From Octopus vulgaris (taxonomy: Eukaryota), in contig OX597830.1 of NCBI GenBank assembly GCA_951406725.2, positions 35,340,001 to 35,404,000 on the forward strand: a DNA stretch of 64,000 nt, in the 5' to 3' direction. The notes beneath the pieces were generated by a model. That model did no database searches. It was given only the letters and a program-made list of their open reading frames with translations, and was not told the origin of the DNA. The number at the start of each line of letters is the position of its first letter. Position 1 is the stretch's first letter. Shown here in pieces: positions 28,462 to 42,207 of the stretch. Both the position numbers and the translations under genes were made by a program.

Positions 28462-29054
28462 CATAAAAATATATATAGAGAGATATATATAGATATAGAT
28501 ATACATACATATGTATATGTATACATACAAACTTATATTGCAATGTGTGTGTACTTATGTGTGTACGTGCACTCACATTTCCTGTATATATGTGTATATA
28601 ATGTATGTATATAATTATGTATGTTTGTGTACATTTGATTCGATATATTTGTACGAATGAACTTAGCCTTGTGTATGGAAAATTTAGTTTTTAAACTTTA
28701 ACCCCATGAAAATTGATACCATTCAACGCTTGACGTAAAAATCTCAAACATGGAGAGAGACTGGGGACGGAAGGGAGCTGCTGAGCAAGTGAGAGGATGA
28801 GAGAGTGCAGGACAAGAAACGAGAGAGCAATAGTGATGAATAGATAGATAGGGAGAAAGCGACTTAGGGATGGAAATATGTAGAAAAGATGAAGATATGG
28901 GTTTGTAAAGGGGGCAATAGGTAAGTGAGTGATTTTCGCAGAAAATATATATTGAGGATACAGATGCCCGTACGTATATACGCATCAATGTTTGTACACA
29001 CACACACATATATATATATACATACATAAATACATACATGCATGCATACATACA

Positions 29055-29116
<62 letters not shown>

Positions 29117-29647
29117 TGTGTATATATATATATATATATGCGTGTGTGTGTATATATATATATATATATAATATATATATATATATGTATTTGTGTGTAT
29201 ATAGACATATATATATATATACATACCCGTACACACGCACATATAAATGTATATACATACATACATACTCACACACACACACACGGGAATATGGGATGTT
29301 TGATGCTGTTGTATTATGTATGGACGCCCTTTGCGGTAAATGTCCACATAGCTGATCACCTTGTGTTGAAAGCACAAATGTCAGATAAGAAATGGATAAT
29401 GCAATATCCATATTAAAAACACATTTACATAAAAATATTTACAATGATACGCAAGAGCATTAGTTCCCTTCTATCTAAATTCCCTAGTACATATTTTTCA
29501 CTTTGCAATGATCTCTAAATGTATCCATCCGCCAAACATATATAACACATACATTCATATATGCATTATTGATATATAGGCAGACAGATGGGCGAACGGG
29601 AAGATAGATAAGTAGATTGATATGCTAACAGACAGAAGGAGAGAAAG

Positions 29648-30039
<392 letters not shown>

Positions 30040-30468
30040 AGTTGGGAGTATATTTTTATGCGAAAGTGTATGTGCTTCATATGTATGAAAATATTTTGTG
30101 AATATGCGTTGACTATGTGTATAAATAGGTGTGTATGTGTCTCTGTTTAGATTCAAATATACGTAATAAACTCCTCTACGTATCTAATGATACAATAAAC
30201 TACTCGCCCAAAGATTTACTCTTGGATTATGGAACGCATTTGCGAAGTGAATTAAACAAGTATTATCGCATTTTTTTTTTTAGTTTTTTTTACATAATTC
30301 GGGAACTTATGAGAGATCGTGAGATGAATTTAGTAACACATTCCACTTACCCTGTTCCTTGATTACAATATAATTTGCATTCACGTAAGACTGTTGATAT
30401 CACCGTTCTTACTCCGTTGAACGTCAGATGCAGATCATTCCAGCCAAAAGTTCTACAAGCCAGATATA

Positions 30469-30630
30469 GGCGCAGGAGTGGCTGTGTGGTAAGTAGCTTG
30501 CTAACCAACCACATGGTTCCGGGTTCAGTCCCACTGCGTGGCATCTTGGGCAAGTGTCTTCTGCTATAGCCCCGGGCCGACCAATGCCTTGTGAGTGGAT
30601 TTGGTAGACGGAAACTGAAAGAAGCCTGTC

Positions 30631-30684
<54 letters not shown>

Positions 30685-30908
30685 TTGTGTGTCTGTGCTT
30701 GTCCCCCTAGCATCGCTTGACAACCGATGCTGGTGTGTTTACGTCCCTGTCACTTAGCGGTTCGGCAAAAAAGAGACCGATAGAATAAGTACTGGGCTTA
30801 CAAAGAATAAGTCTCGGGGTCGAGTTGCTCGATTAAAGGCGGTGCTCCAGCATGGCCGCAGTCAAATGACTGAAACAGGTAAAAGAGAAAAGAGAGAGAA
30901 AGAGAGAA
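30469..30908 (+). mobile_element. Full-length tRNA-derived SINE family A
   Basis: Near-identical to 12865-13272. Confidence 0.95.
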
Positions 30909-30974
30909 TATACCATCCAAATTATTCCCAAGACACATTTATTAATCCGTCGACCGATTTGTCACTTATAATAA

Positions 30975-31182
30975 TGGTTTGAAACTTTGCCGCAGGGTTA
31001 GTAATACCGGAGGACGGGGTAAGTCGATTTGATCGACCCTAGTATTTGACTGGTACTTATTTCGTCGACCGCGAAAGAATAAACGCCAAAGTCGACCTCG
31101 GCGGAATTTGAATCAGAACGTAAGAACAGACTAAATATCGCTAAGCATTTTGCCGGGCGATAGCGATTTCTCCACCTCACCT
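30975..31182 (-). mobile_element. tRNA-derived SINE family B
   Basis: ctggtacttatttcgtcgacc...aaagtcgacctcggcggaatttgaa...ctaagcattttgccggg. Confidence 0.8.
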
Positions 31183-31309
31183 TCTTTATAATATCAACGT
31201 TGTCTGGGGCTGTACGTTTCGGTTGTCACTCTATCAGTGTTTGAATAAGATGTTTCACGCAACACCCATTGTTATGATAATGAAATTCGTAGAAAGTTTG
31301 ATCGTTGTA

Positions 31310-31612
31310 GAGGCGCATGGCCAAGTGGTTAGAGCAGCGGATTCGCGGTTGAGAGATCACGGGTTCGAATCTCCGACCGGATGGTGTATGTTTATAAACG
31401 AAACACCTAAGCCCCACGTGGCTCCGGCAGAAGGTAATGGCGAAATTCTGCTGAATCTTTCGCCACAAATTTGTTTTAATCTTTCCTTCTGCATCTAGCA
31501 GCTCACCCGCGACGGACCGGCGTTCCGTCCAGGTGGGGAACGTACACGCCAATGAAACTAGGAAAACGGTCCTTATGAGCCATGTATGGCTCGAAAGGAA
31601 ACAAACAACAAC
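31310..31612 (+). mobile_element. tRNA-derived SINE, head H1 + tail T1
   Basis: Diverged relative of 21056; A box tggccaagtgg, B box ggttcgaatc; (AAC)n-like tail. Confidence 0.85.
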
Positions 31613-31780
31613 ATTAATTTTACAATAAATTTCACTCAGCTGGCAACATTGTGTCTCCTATTTGAAATATTCTGTTTTCATTCATAATCTTGCTTCGAAA
31701 TAACTTCAATATAAAATCTATCTACCTGTGTAACACCTGCCAAACTGTCGATCGATTTATAAATATATCTTGGTTTCTAA

Positions 31781-31994
31781 GGTATCGAACTGGCAGAAAC
31801 GTTAGCACGCCGGGCGAAATGCTTGGCGTTATTTCGTCTGTCCTTACGTTCTAAGCTGAAAATCCGCCGAGGTCGACTTTGCCTTACATCCTTTCGGGAT
31901 CGATAAATTAAGTACCAGTTGCGTACCTGGGGTCGATCTAATCGACTGGCCCACTCCTCAAAAATTTCGGGCCTTGTATCTAGAGTAGAAAAGT
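31781..31994 (+). mobile_element. tRNA-derived SINE family B with 16-bp TSD
   Basis: Central gtcgactttgcctt.catcctttcggg.tcgataaattaagtaccag block (recalled as Meta-domain-like, unverified); direct repeat atatatcttggtttct at 31763-31778 and 31995-32010. Confidence 0.9.
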
Positions 31995-32439
31995 ATATAT
32001 CTTGGTTTCTTCATTCTTTAAAGCGGGATTTCCAGTGGTAGAATTAGCATATTACCAGGAATCACGCTGAAATTCTCGTGCACATGAGTGAATGTCTACA
32101 TCTGTTAAAAGACATGAAGAGAATAAGTTCCAGGATAAAATAAATGATGGAATCCATTTAATAGACTATAACCTTCAAACGGATACATCAGTATGACTAC
32201 AGTGCAATAACTAAATCGGAAACAAGAAGAGCAATGTGTGTGTGCATGTGTGTGTGTCAGTGTGTGTCTGTGCCTTTGTGCGTGCGTGTGTGTGTGCGTG
32301 TGTGTAACACAGCCACCTCTCTTACACATCTGGTTTTTTAGAGATTACGTTCTACTTAGCATTACACAAAAATCTGTAAACTCTTTAAATATGTACAAGA
32401 AAACTGCGAAAAAAGATACCTCAAAGATTGATTCATTTT

Positions 32440-33540
32440 ATCGAATAAAAGCGTAGAGAAATCGGAATTCAAAACACGTCAGAATGCAATTAACAAAAAT
32501 ATAGAATTCACGACCGACTCCCATTTTTAGACATCGTAATAAAGACAAGGAGACAGATAATTACTATAAATCTACGGGCTCAAAACAATATCTGTCTTTC
32601 AATTCGCACTCTTCGAGACATGCCAGACTAAATGTCCCTTATAACCTGGTCACAAAGAGTCTGCATAATTGTATCCGATGAAAACATCCGTGACACATAT
32701 GACATCAAGAAATAAAGGATTCACATCTTGACAAGAATTATCCTATATCCTTAATCGATAATGGAATACACCGAGACAAGAAATTCAATATCCAGTAACT
32801 AACACGAACGAAACAAAAGAAATATATAAGAACTGAAATTCCAACCATACATTTCCATCTAGACAACCAAATCAATTAAGAAATACTAACACAGTTCAAA
32901 CTTCTCACAAGAAAGACAGGAGCAACTGTAAAAACAAACATAAGGAGGATTCAAGTGCGGTATATGTTTAAATCTATTAGAAGAACCCGAAACCCCTGTT
33001 GACGAAGAACATTTCTTCACAATAAAAAATAAGTTCTGTTGTGGATCTGAAAATCTAACCTCTTCAGTTATATGCTCAGAATGTGGTGAGAACTACATCG
33101 GGTAAACCGAGATGTCCTCAAGATAATGCATAATTTCTGCATTGATTACAGATTAAGATACGAGAATAAAGACAAAAGGATTGCAGTGAACATATAGACA
33201 CATGTGCTTCTAAGAACCAGTCAAATTTTACGATCTTCCCCTTATACTAATTCAGCGATTTCACAAAAACTCATCAGCAAGAGAGCAACTTACGCAGCTT
33301 AAAGCAACTGTCGCTTAAATTGTTAGTGCCACGAACCAACAGCCATCACAAGGAAACCAACGACCAGTACTAAGTGAATTTTGTAAGAAAATCATGTAAA
33401 TTTCTAGAACTGATATTATGAAAGATAAACTTTATTTACATTTTCCATTCTGACAGCATGACTAAATCGTCTTATAAAACGACTGAAACCGGCAGCTTAT
33501 GCTGATAAAAATTGTAATATTTTCTCTCGTTTGTCTATAT
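32440..33540 (+). pseudogene. Decayed Penelope-like element: RT C-terminal region, GIY-YIG endonuclease and 3' hammerhead remnant
   Basis: Frames give NKNIEFT, LPFLDIVI, YYKSTGSKQYLSFNS, NVPYNL, RVCIIVSD (PLE RT) and FTIKNKFCCGSENL...VICSECGENYIG*T, SEHIDTC, FTIFPLY (GIY-YIG); stops and frameshifts throughout; tcgt...acgactgaaaccggcagc near 33460-33497. Confidence 0.85.
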
Positions 33541-33694
33541 TAAATTTCAAAAACATTTACATGTTCTTTGTTTTTTTTATTTTTAACTGTAAATATACTT
33601 CTGTAAAAGAATTTGGAATTTGGTATATATTACTATATGTATCTATGTGTGTATAATACATATAAGCAAATATATTTATACGAACTTTTTAATA

Positions 33695-33900
33695 TTTAGT
33701 TGTTTCTGTCATTTGACTGCGTCCATGGTGGAGCACCACATTTAAGGGTTTTCGCCGAAGAAGTCGAACCCAGGACTTATTTTTAAGCCTGGTATTTCTT
33801 TAATAGGTCTCTTTTGTCCTACCGCTAAGTTACAGAGACGTAAACACACAAATACTGGTTGTCAAACCTTAGCGGGGAGACAAACAGACACAATGACACA
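33695..33900 (-). mobile_element. Family A SINE, 3' half
   Basis: tgtttctgtcatttgactgcgtccatggtggagcacc...ccgctaagttacagagacgtaaacac. Confidence 0.8.
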
Positions 33901-33948
33901 CACACATAGATATACATACATACATACATACATACATACATACATACA

Positions 33949-33983
<35 letters not shown>

Positions 33984-34906
33984 CAGAATATTTAGAAATG
34001 AAGTATCTTTGATCGTACGTCTACTTATTTTTTACTGCTCATGGTTAGTATCAGCCGTAGGAAATGTGTTTGGTCAAACAACAACTGCAATAAATGGGCA
34101 GTGTCGCCGTCGTCGAACCGGTAACAATAATATTTCCAAATGATGGTTCCGCTATACGGCCAATCGACCTAAAATAATTAGTAGCCAAGTCCCCTTTAAA
34201 TTACATTCGACCTTCTTACGTAGCGAACGCGAACTTCAGATCATGTAATAGAAATATTCATCTCGACTGAAGTTAATATCTGGTTTAACAGAAGCACACT
34301 GGTTCAGGGATTGAGTTAGGGCTAAATGACAACAACAGCCACTGCAACACCAACATCAACGGCAGCAAAAATTGTTATAACAGCTTGAAACATTAAAAGT
34401 AGCAATAGCAGGCGTAGAAGCAGCAGCGGAAAGAGGTAAGACAACAACAATACGAACTATTTGTAAAAGAACAATAAGCAAACACCAACGAAAGAAAAAA
34501 AATCAAATTTTAACAGTGGACAGCACAATCGATTAATATAACGAAGTGCACCCAAATATAGAATATTAACAGCAACAACAACAACAATAATAGCGACAAT
34601 AACAATAACAGTAGCGATATGAGGATGACAATAACAAATAGAAAACTTCACAAGAATCTCTGAAGCTAAAAGGTTGGATGGAAAATTAAGGGAAGAAATC
34701 AGTAAAATGCGAAACAGAGATTTCCTATTATTTTAATGGCCTAACCGACACATGTACGAACACGCGCGCGGTTTCACATACAGACACACAGATATATTTA
34801 CACTCAGGCATACACATACACGCGCGCGCGCGCATACGCAAATATAGAGATGGAGACAGAGGGAGGGATCACACAAGCAATTACGCGTAGAAATTCACAT
34901 AATGTA

Positions 34907-34973
<67 letters not shown>

Positions 34974-35005
34974 GTAGATATATTCGTAGGTACGTGCGTA
35001 TTTGC

Positions 35006-35064
<59 letters not shown>

Positions 35065-35104
35065 CAAAGACTACCCTCACATACATAAATACATACATAT
35101 AATC

Positions 35105-35157
<53 letters not shown>

Positions 35158-35559
35158 TACAAACATACACATCGCTGTATTTTTTCCATATGGGAACGCA
35201 GACAAATATAAATTCGCGCGCGCACTACTACCTATTTTGCGCTGCTTTTCTTTTTTCAATTTATATTTTAATATGCATCCTTTGAAACCAAACCCTCTAA
35301 CATTACCGAAATCTTCAAAGTTAACAGAAATGCTAGCTCTTTGGGGTGCCTACTCTTATTTACTCGAACAGTAGATATAGCAGAAAAATACCCTGATCTG
35401 AAAAGCTACACTTTTCGCAAAATAATGCACACTGTATGTTATTTAATCTAGTTTACGGTCTCTCAGCTTTGTCTGGAAGAGATTGACAAATCACATATAT
35501 ACATTAATCGCTGCAATGCTAAATTGTATTATTGTCTCCCAAAACTGCGAGAAATACAG

Positions 35560-35895
35560 ACTACCAACACTAAGTCTAGCAGAAACAACATGTCTCGTAC
35601 GTTCACCACTAAGATCTACTACGTCATTTTTGATGTGGCCCCTTGCAACATCTACAAAAGCCTAGAACTGAACTTGGCAATGGTGAAACGTGTAATGAAT
35701 CGAGATTGTCATCCAATACTCCACATGGTCGTTCACTGCATGTTGGGGTTTACATATGGTCGTCAGCTCAGCGAAGTTCTTGTATACATAGAAAGATGTC
35801 TACGCAAAGCACCTCGTTGTCCCTCCGACTACCTGCGCGCCATTGGACTGCCCGATCGCAGAAGACAACAACAAGAGCAACAATAACAATAACAA
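35560..35895 (+). mobile_element. Possible decayed 3' end of an I/Jockey-group LINE with (CAA)n tail
   Basis: GC-richer unique segment; frames give LLRHF*CGPLQHLQ, ILHMVVHC and DYLRAIGL just before a CAA/CAATAA tail. Motif match is weak. Confidence 0.3.
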
Positions 35896-36117
35896 CCATT
35901 ATATACATTATATATGACACTCTGTACCATTATATACGACATTATATATGAGACTCGTTATATATGACACTGATTTGTGACAATATTTCTGCTGTTAAGC
36001 TTGTTTTTGTCGTTATGTCATATTTCAGCTGCACTTGCTGCACAATCCCATGAAAGAAGCTTCTGTGTTGTTGACTGCTTACATGACAAGGCAGTCAAAT
36101 TTCCTTCAAATAATGTA

Positions 36118-36348
36118 TATTTCTATATTACCCACAAGGGGCTAAACACAGAGGGGACAAACACGGACAGACAAACGGGTTAAGTCGATTATATCGACCC
36201 CAGTGCGTAACTGGTACTTATTTAATCGACCCCGAAAGGATGAAAGGCAAAGTCGAGCTCGGCGGAATTTGAACTCAGAACGTAACGGTAGATGAAATAC
36301 GGCTACGCATTTCGCCCGGCGTGCTAACGATTCTGCCAGCTCGCCACC
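36118..36348 (-). mobile_element. Full-length tRNA-derived SINE family B
   Basis: Well-preserved copy; matches 57743-57964 and 43171-43395; splits an older family F repeat. Confidence 0.93.
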
Positions 36349-36684
36349 TACCATATCTAAATATAAACATGATGTGTTACGGCTGGAACATTTTTGACCA
36401 CTAGTTAACTCAGTTAGGGTTGATCTAGGGCTAAATAACTGCTAATATTACTACTAATGTTATTACTGCTACCCTGTTGCTGCTGCTGCTGCTACTACTA
36501 CTTTCAACAACTCTAATAACACCACAAACGATAACAAAACGGAGTGTCCACTTGTGTTAGAAATTACAACAAAATTTCGTATAAATCACACAGTCCTAGA
36601 GTATTCTTTCATTTAAACATGAAACACATTTCTGTCGTATATACTTATAATGCAAACCTATCATGTATTAAGGTAGCGAGTTTC

Positions 36685-37098
36685 TTCACTACTTCAGGGA
36701 GTGACGACTCTGCTTGACACGAGTCCCAGGCTCAGCTAGCTCCGGCTGAGAGTACCTGTTATGGGCCCCTAACCAGGGTTACGGAAAGGAGACAACCTTC
36801 AAAGAAATCCGGAGTGGAGGCCGGTAGGCGGTTTAGTGTTCAACTCGACATTCTTCCGGCAGCTCCTGCAACCAAGCTGGTGCCAAACATAATGCTCTGC
36901 ACTCCTTTGGATTACGTCAGCAAGGTCGACAGAGGAATCCTGACGATTGGGCTACCCAGGATTTTCTTACATGTAACCCAGGCCTGCGCAGAACTGGAGA
37001 GGAAACTGGAGAGGACATGAAATGTAAAAACCAGACTGGATTAGTTTATGCGCAACTCCTTTGTCTCCCGGGACAAAAGGATGCCAACAACAACAACA
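36685..37098 (+). mobile_element. Non-autonomous RTE-related element with (CAA)n tail
   Basis: Contains ttccggcagctcctgcaaccaagctggtgccaaac...ctcctttggattacgtcag (recalled as RTE 5'UTR/Ceph-domain-like, unverified); similar block at 43597-43660; terminal hairpin cctttgtctcccgggacaaaagg then (CAA)n. Confidence 0.5.
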
Positions 37099-37621
37099 TC
37101 ATGTAAAAAAACTCTTACAATCTTATCATCGGGAGAAAATTAAGAACACTAAGAATGATATGCTACGTGTAGGTGAACAACGTAACGCTTACATTTGGAA
37201 CGGTTTTCGTAGAAACCCAGCTCTAGGCCAGTGCTTACAAGAGGCTAATAAACTACAAAACAGCAAGAATATACTATCGTAGTCAGTAAGTGCATGTATT
37301 GCCCGTATACTCCAGCTAAAAATCATCAGCAACAAGAAGTCATAAATAAGCTTCCATGTATTTGCTGATCGAGCTAGATATAGTATCAAATCTCCCTCAA
37401 ATTATTTACTAATATATTTCTGAAAAGAAAAATTGGATAATATATTTCTGAGAAGAAAAATTGGATAATATATTTCTGAAAAAGAAAAAAATGTATTATA
37501 TAATCAGAGATTTCTAATGCAGAAAGCAGGCAGTAAAATCATGGTCGGGTTATAGTATCCTTTTCTAGCAGCGCGGACTTGAAGTTTTATCATCAATAAT
37601 TCTTTCTATTATAAACACAAC

Positions 37622-37810
37622 GCTTGACATTTCGTAGGAGGAGGTCCACTCGATACATCGACTACAGCACTTGACCAGTACTTGTTTTAATGACCTCGAA
37701 AGGATGAAAGGCAAGAAGACTACAGTGGCAGTTGAACCCTGAACGCAAATCTAGCAGAAATGCCACTAAGCTGTTCCTCTGGCGTGCTAACACTTCTGCC
37801 AACCAGCCGC
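37622..37810 (-). mobile_element. Degenerate family B SINE
   Basis: gacctcgaaaggatgaaaggcaag...ggcgtgctaacacttctgcca. Confidence 0.75.
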
Positions 37811-38034
37811 ATTATCATCATTATATAATGGATTCTACAACTGACACTTGGTCATACATATTGTGGAAGGTTATAATCACTATTTTGGAATCGATTATGG
37901 GAATAGTATTTTATTTTATTATCCCAAGGTACACTGAAAACAACCGACGTCTGAAGGCAGAATTTTAGTTCTGGAAGATATTGTCTAAGCGGTTTTGAGT
38001 GTTTACGTTCGCGTTCGGTGAATGTGACCAATTA

Positions 38035-38135
38035 GTACCCGGCTTTGGGGTCAATTTGTTCGACTTAGATACTTTAAGGCGGTGCTCCAGCATAGCCGCA
38101 GTCAAATGAATGAAACAAGTAAAAGAATAAAAGAA
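38035..38135 (+). mobile_element. Family A SINE 3' fragment
   Basis: aaggcggtgctccagcatagccgcagtcaaatgaatgaaacaagtaaaagaataaaagaa. Confidence 0.85.
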
Positions 38136-38709
38136 CTGGAAGACGACCTCAAATTTTGAGGAAGGGACATAAATTATTAAAAACTACTTTATAGTGCTGG
38201 CTGGTGCGAATTTATCGATCAGATAAATAAAATATATGGCACAGGTGGGATTTGAAACGAAAACGCAATGACACGGTGGCTAAACGAAGAAGATATGGTT
38301 GTGTGACGCTCTACAGATTTTAATAATCTGCTGACAACAAGAATAATAATGACAATAACATTACAAGCGAACAAATCGTCATCAAATCGCATTTTAATAC
38401 AAATCACAAACCACTGCTTGCAATCATTATCAAAGTCGAGTCTGAAAATCGTGTACTGCCCCTTCACATCAAAAGACAACTTCACTCTACGCAGATACAC
38501 ACGCAAACATACAAACAGGGCACAAACATACGTGTGTATATATGCTATGATATATATGTGTATGTGTGTGTGTGTGGGGGGGTGAGTGTGTGTATGTGTG
38601 TCTGTGTATATATATATATATATATATATTGATATACACATATATACATACGTAAGTATATACATAAATGCATGCATATGTGCACACACACAAACATACA
38701 TATAGACAT

Positions 38710-38764
<55 letters not shown>

Positions 38765-39036
38765 CTCCGCTCTGACATTTCGAATCACCATGTCTCATTA
38801 CTTTTTGTCCAACCAAAATACACTTGTGTCACGCATGCGCCACCTTTGCACAAAGCCATCGCACCGCACACCTCTTGCCTTACGCCAGCCAGCTCCTCAC
38901 CCTCCGCCTGTAACATCACATGACCTATTCATATTACACTAACGAGCGATGGCTTCCACCCCATTTCATCCAGATCCAACTCTGAACGTTAGACATACAC
39001 ACACACCACCTTCTACCTATCACCTGCCACACACAC

Positions 39037-39313
39037 ATACGTACATACATACATACATACATACATACATACATACATACATACATACATACATACATAC
39101 ATACATACATACATAAATACATACATACATACATACATACATACATACATACATAAATACATACATACATACATGCATGCATACATACATACATACATAC
39201 ATACATACATACATACATACATACATAAATACATACATACATACATACATGCATACATGCATGCATACATACATATATACATACATACATACATACATAC
39301 ATACATACATACA

Positions 39314-39347
<34 letters not shown>

Positions 39348-39570
39348 CAAGCACATAGACACATACATACAGACCTTACACGAGGAAAACAGAAACCAAA
39401 AATAAGGAAACAATATGCGGTAGCACCAACCAGCCCCGCCCTCGAATTCACCAATCGAAAAATTGAAGCAACAACAACAACAACATCAATATCAACAACA
39501 ACAACAACACAAACAACAATGGTTACGACCACGGAGACCATAACCAACACTAATATTAATAAGAGAATGA

Positions 39571-39668
<98 letters not shown>

Positions 39669-39770
39669 CAACAACAATAACGATGATGATGATGATGATC
39701 GTAATAATAAGAATAATAAGAATAATAATAATGATGATGATGATGATAATAACAATAACAACAACAATAA
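39037..39770. repeat. (CATA)n (39045-39340) and (AAT)n (39572-39663) microsatellites
   Basis: Directly visible long runs. Confidence 0.95.
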
Positions 39771-40884
39771 GTGTTATGAAAAAAACAATGATGGTTAAAA
39801 TTTGTAATATTTTGTGTACGTGTACGTGTATGTATGTGTGTATATATATATGCGTGCTTGTGCGTGTATGTATGTGTATGTGTGTGCGTATGTATTTATG
39901 TAGGTACGTACGTACGTATGTACGCATTTAGATTTCTTGGTATGTATGTATGTATGTATGTATGTATGTATGTATGTGTATGTATGTATGTATGTATGTA
40001 TGAATGAATGTAAGTACGTGTATGTATATGCTACGTATGTATGTGTCTCTGAACTATACAACTAAAAGTTCTTTTGATATTTCACAATCTGTCAATCAGT
40101 AAATTACATATCACAAGACCCTGAACCGCCCCCCCCCCCCCCTCATCCCATCCCCTTATGTCCCACCAACTCATACGTCTACCAATTTTCACACGTTTCT
40201 ATGAATTGCACGCACATTATACATCGTCCTCTCGCGCCCTCCCTCACTCCCCCCTCTCCCTTGACGTATTCGCATCTGTGCATTTGTGTTCTGTATGTGT
40301 GTATATATGTGTGTGTGTATGTGTCTAATTGTCTGTCTGTCTCTCTGTCTCTATCTGTGCCGGTGTTAAATATAAGAAATTTTAAATATACATAAAAACT
40401 AAGGCAACAGATATTCGACGTGTAAATGACTCAGTTGGTGTGTAGAGGTTAATATTTCAATAATTTTATAACTTTGATGTCTGTGACTTCGAAGTTAGTC
40501 CAGTTAGAAAACGATACTTTGAATAAGCCAACACTTATCTATATCTATATATATCTGTGTGCGCGCGCATGTATACATACACACACACACACACACACAC
40601 ATATATAGGTATACATATTTATATATATATATACATATATATACGCATGTATGTATATATATATATACATACATGCATACATGCATACATGAATACATAC
40701 ATACATACATGCATGCATGTACATTCGGTGCGAGTGTTTTTTTTTTTATTAAGGTGCCATGATTTACAATCCTGTAAATAATAATAATAATGGTATTTTT
40801 ATACAAGATTAAAGCTTATGTCGATCACTGTGCAAATAGTCTAATAAAGGGACATAAAGGCTCTCGACAGAAAGAGGGCTTTCC

Positions 40885-40960
40885 AATACGTGTGGGAGTC
40901 GAACCCACATCCCTTTGTTAAAACGACCAAGTGAGTTACCTTTACACCAGCGAATCAGCC
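40885..40960 (-). mobile_element. tRNA-like head (pseudo-tRNA or SINE head)
   Basis: Minus strand ggctgattcgctggtgtaaaggtaactcac...gtgggttcgactcccac: A box, B box and T-arm present; acceptor and anticodon stems do not pair well. Confidence 0.55.
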
Positions 40961-40990
40961 TCCCTCCTTCTGTCAAATTTAATATATATG

Positions 40991-41074
<84 letters not shown>

Positions 41075-41080
41075 TATTAA

Positions 41081-41134
<54 letters not shown>

Positions 41135-41200
41135 CATGTGTGTGTGTGTGTATGTGTGTGAAAAATTCATTAAATACTACAAAATGAATGTGTAGGACGG

Positions 41201-41340
41201 ATACAGACGGAACTTAATTCTTAATCAGTTATGGACCGAAAATACTGATACGCAGTTTCGTGCTTTTAACGATAAGACTGAGAACTGAGTATAAGTATTT
41301 TCGTTCACTAACTAATGAAGAATTAGGGTCCTTCTGTGTC
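41201..41340. mobile_element. Fold-back (palindromic) element
   Basis: acagacggaacttaattcttaatcagttatggaccgaaaatact pairs with agtattttcgttcactaactaatgaagaattagggtccttctgt. Confidence 0.65.
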
Positions 41341-41524
41341 TAAGTTTGGTAATATTTAATGCTTTTTTAAAATTTATTGAGTAACTCTAACGACAAGCAT
41401 CCTGATTTTTGTTAACGGTAATTTTATACATACATACATACATACATACATACATACATACATACATACATACATACATACATACACACACACAGTTACT
41501 ATATATGAATATATAGTAACATTC

Positions 41525-41700
41525 AAATTTTGGCACAATACCAGAAATTTATGTCAAGTGGGTAAGTTTATTTCAGCAACCTCAGTGCTTAACTGGCACT
41601 TATTTAACCGGCCCCGAAAAAGATGAAAGGTAAAGTCGACCCCGGCAGTGTTTGAACTCAGAACCTAAAGACGGACAAATGCTTCAAACCATTGTATTCG
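41525..41700 (-). mobile_element. Degenerate family B SINE
   Basis: ccccgaaaaagatgaaaggtaaagtcgaccccggcagtgtttgaactcagaac. Confidence 0.78.
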
Positions 41701-42207
41701 CTGGGCAAAATATTCTAAAGAAGTATATTTTGATATACATATCATATAATGATGTATATTTACCCCGTAAAATATATATATATATATATATGTATATATA
41801 TGTGTATGTATGTATGTATGTATGTATGTATGTATATGCGCTAAATATCTCATTTATTTCCCTTAAGTAATGCTCTGCTGACGAGGAGAAGCCATTAGGC
41901 AAATACAGAAATTGGTCAATCCTGAGCTATCTATATTGTTATGAATTTCCGTCAGCTTGCTCCCTCTATTTCAGCTCATGTGTGATCTTGTGATGATTTT
42001 AAAAGTGGTCGGACAATTTAGCGTCTTTTTTCAGCATATAGGCTAGAACTTTTTCTATGTCCTTAATTATAAGGGCTAGAAATTATAGGCTAGAAATTTT
42101 TTCTATGTTCTCAATTATAATTATATATATGATTTCACCTTAATAAGTCTATCTCTATATGCTGGCCATTGATAACATTTTTAACGATTTAATCCTTTTA
42201 TTATCGT

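Noticed and set aside
37410-37500. Short local tandem duplications (also 35895-35972, 17699-17752, 42038-42120)
   Set aside because: Ordinary slippage-type duplications with no further structure.
41872-41927. CTGACGA...GAAATTGGTC hammerhead-like motif
   Set aside because: Stems I and II do not pair convincingly; at best a decayed remnant.
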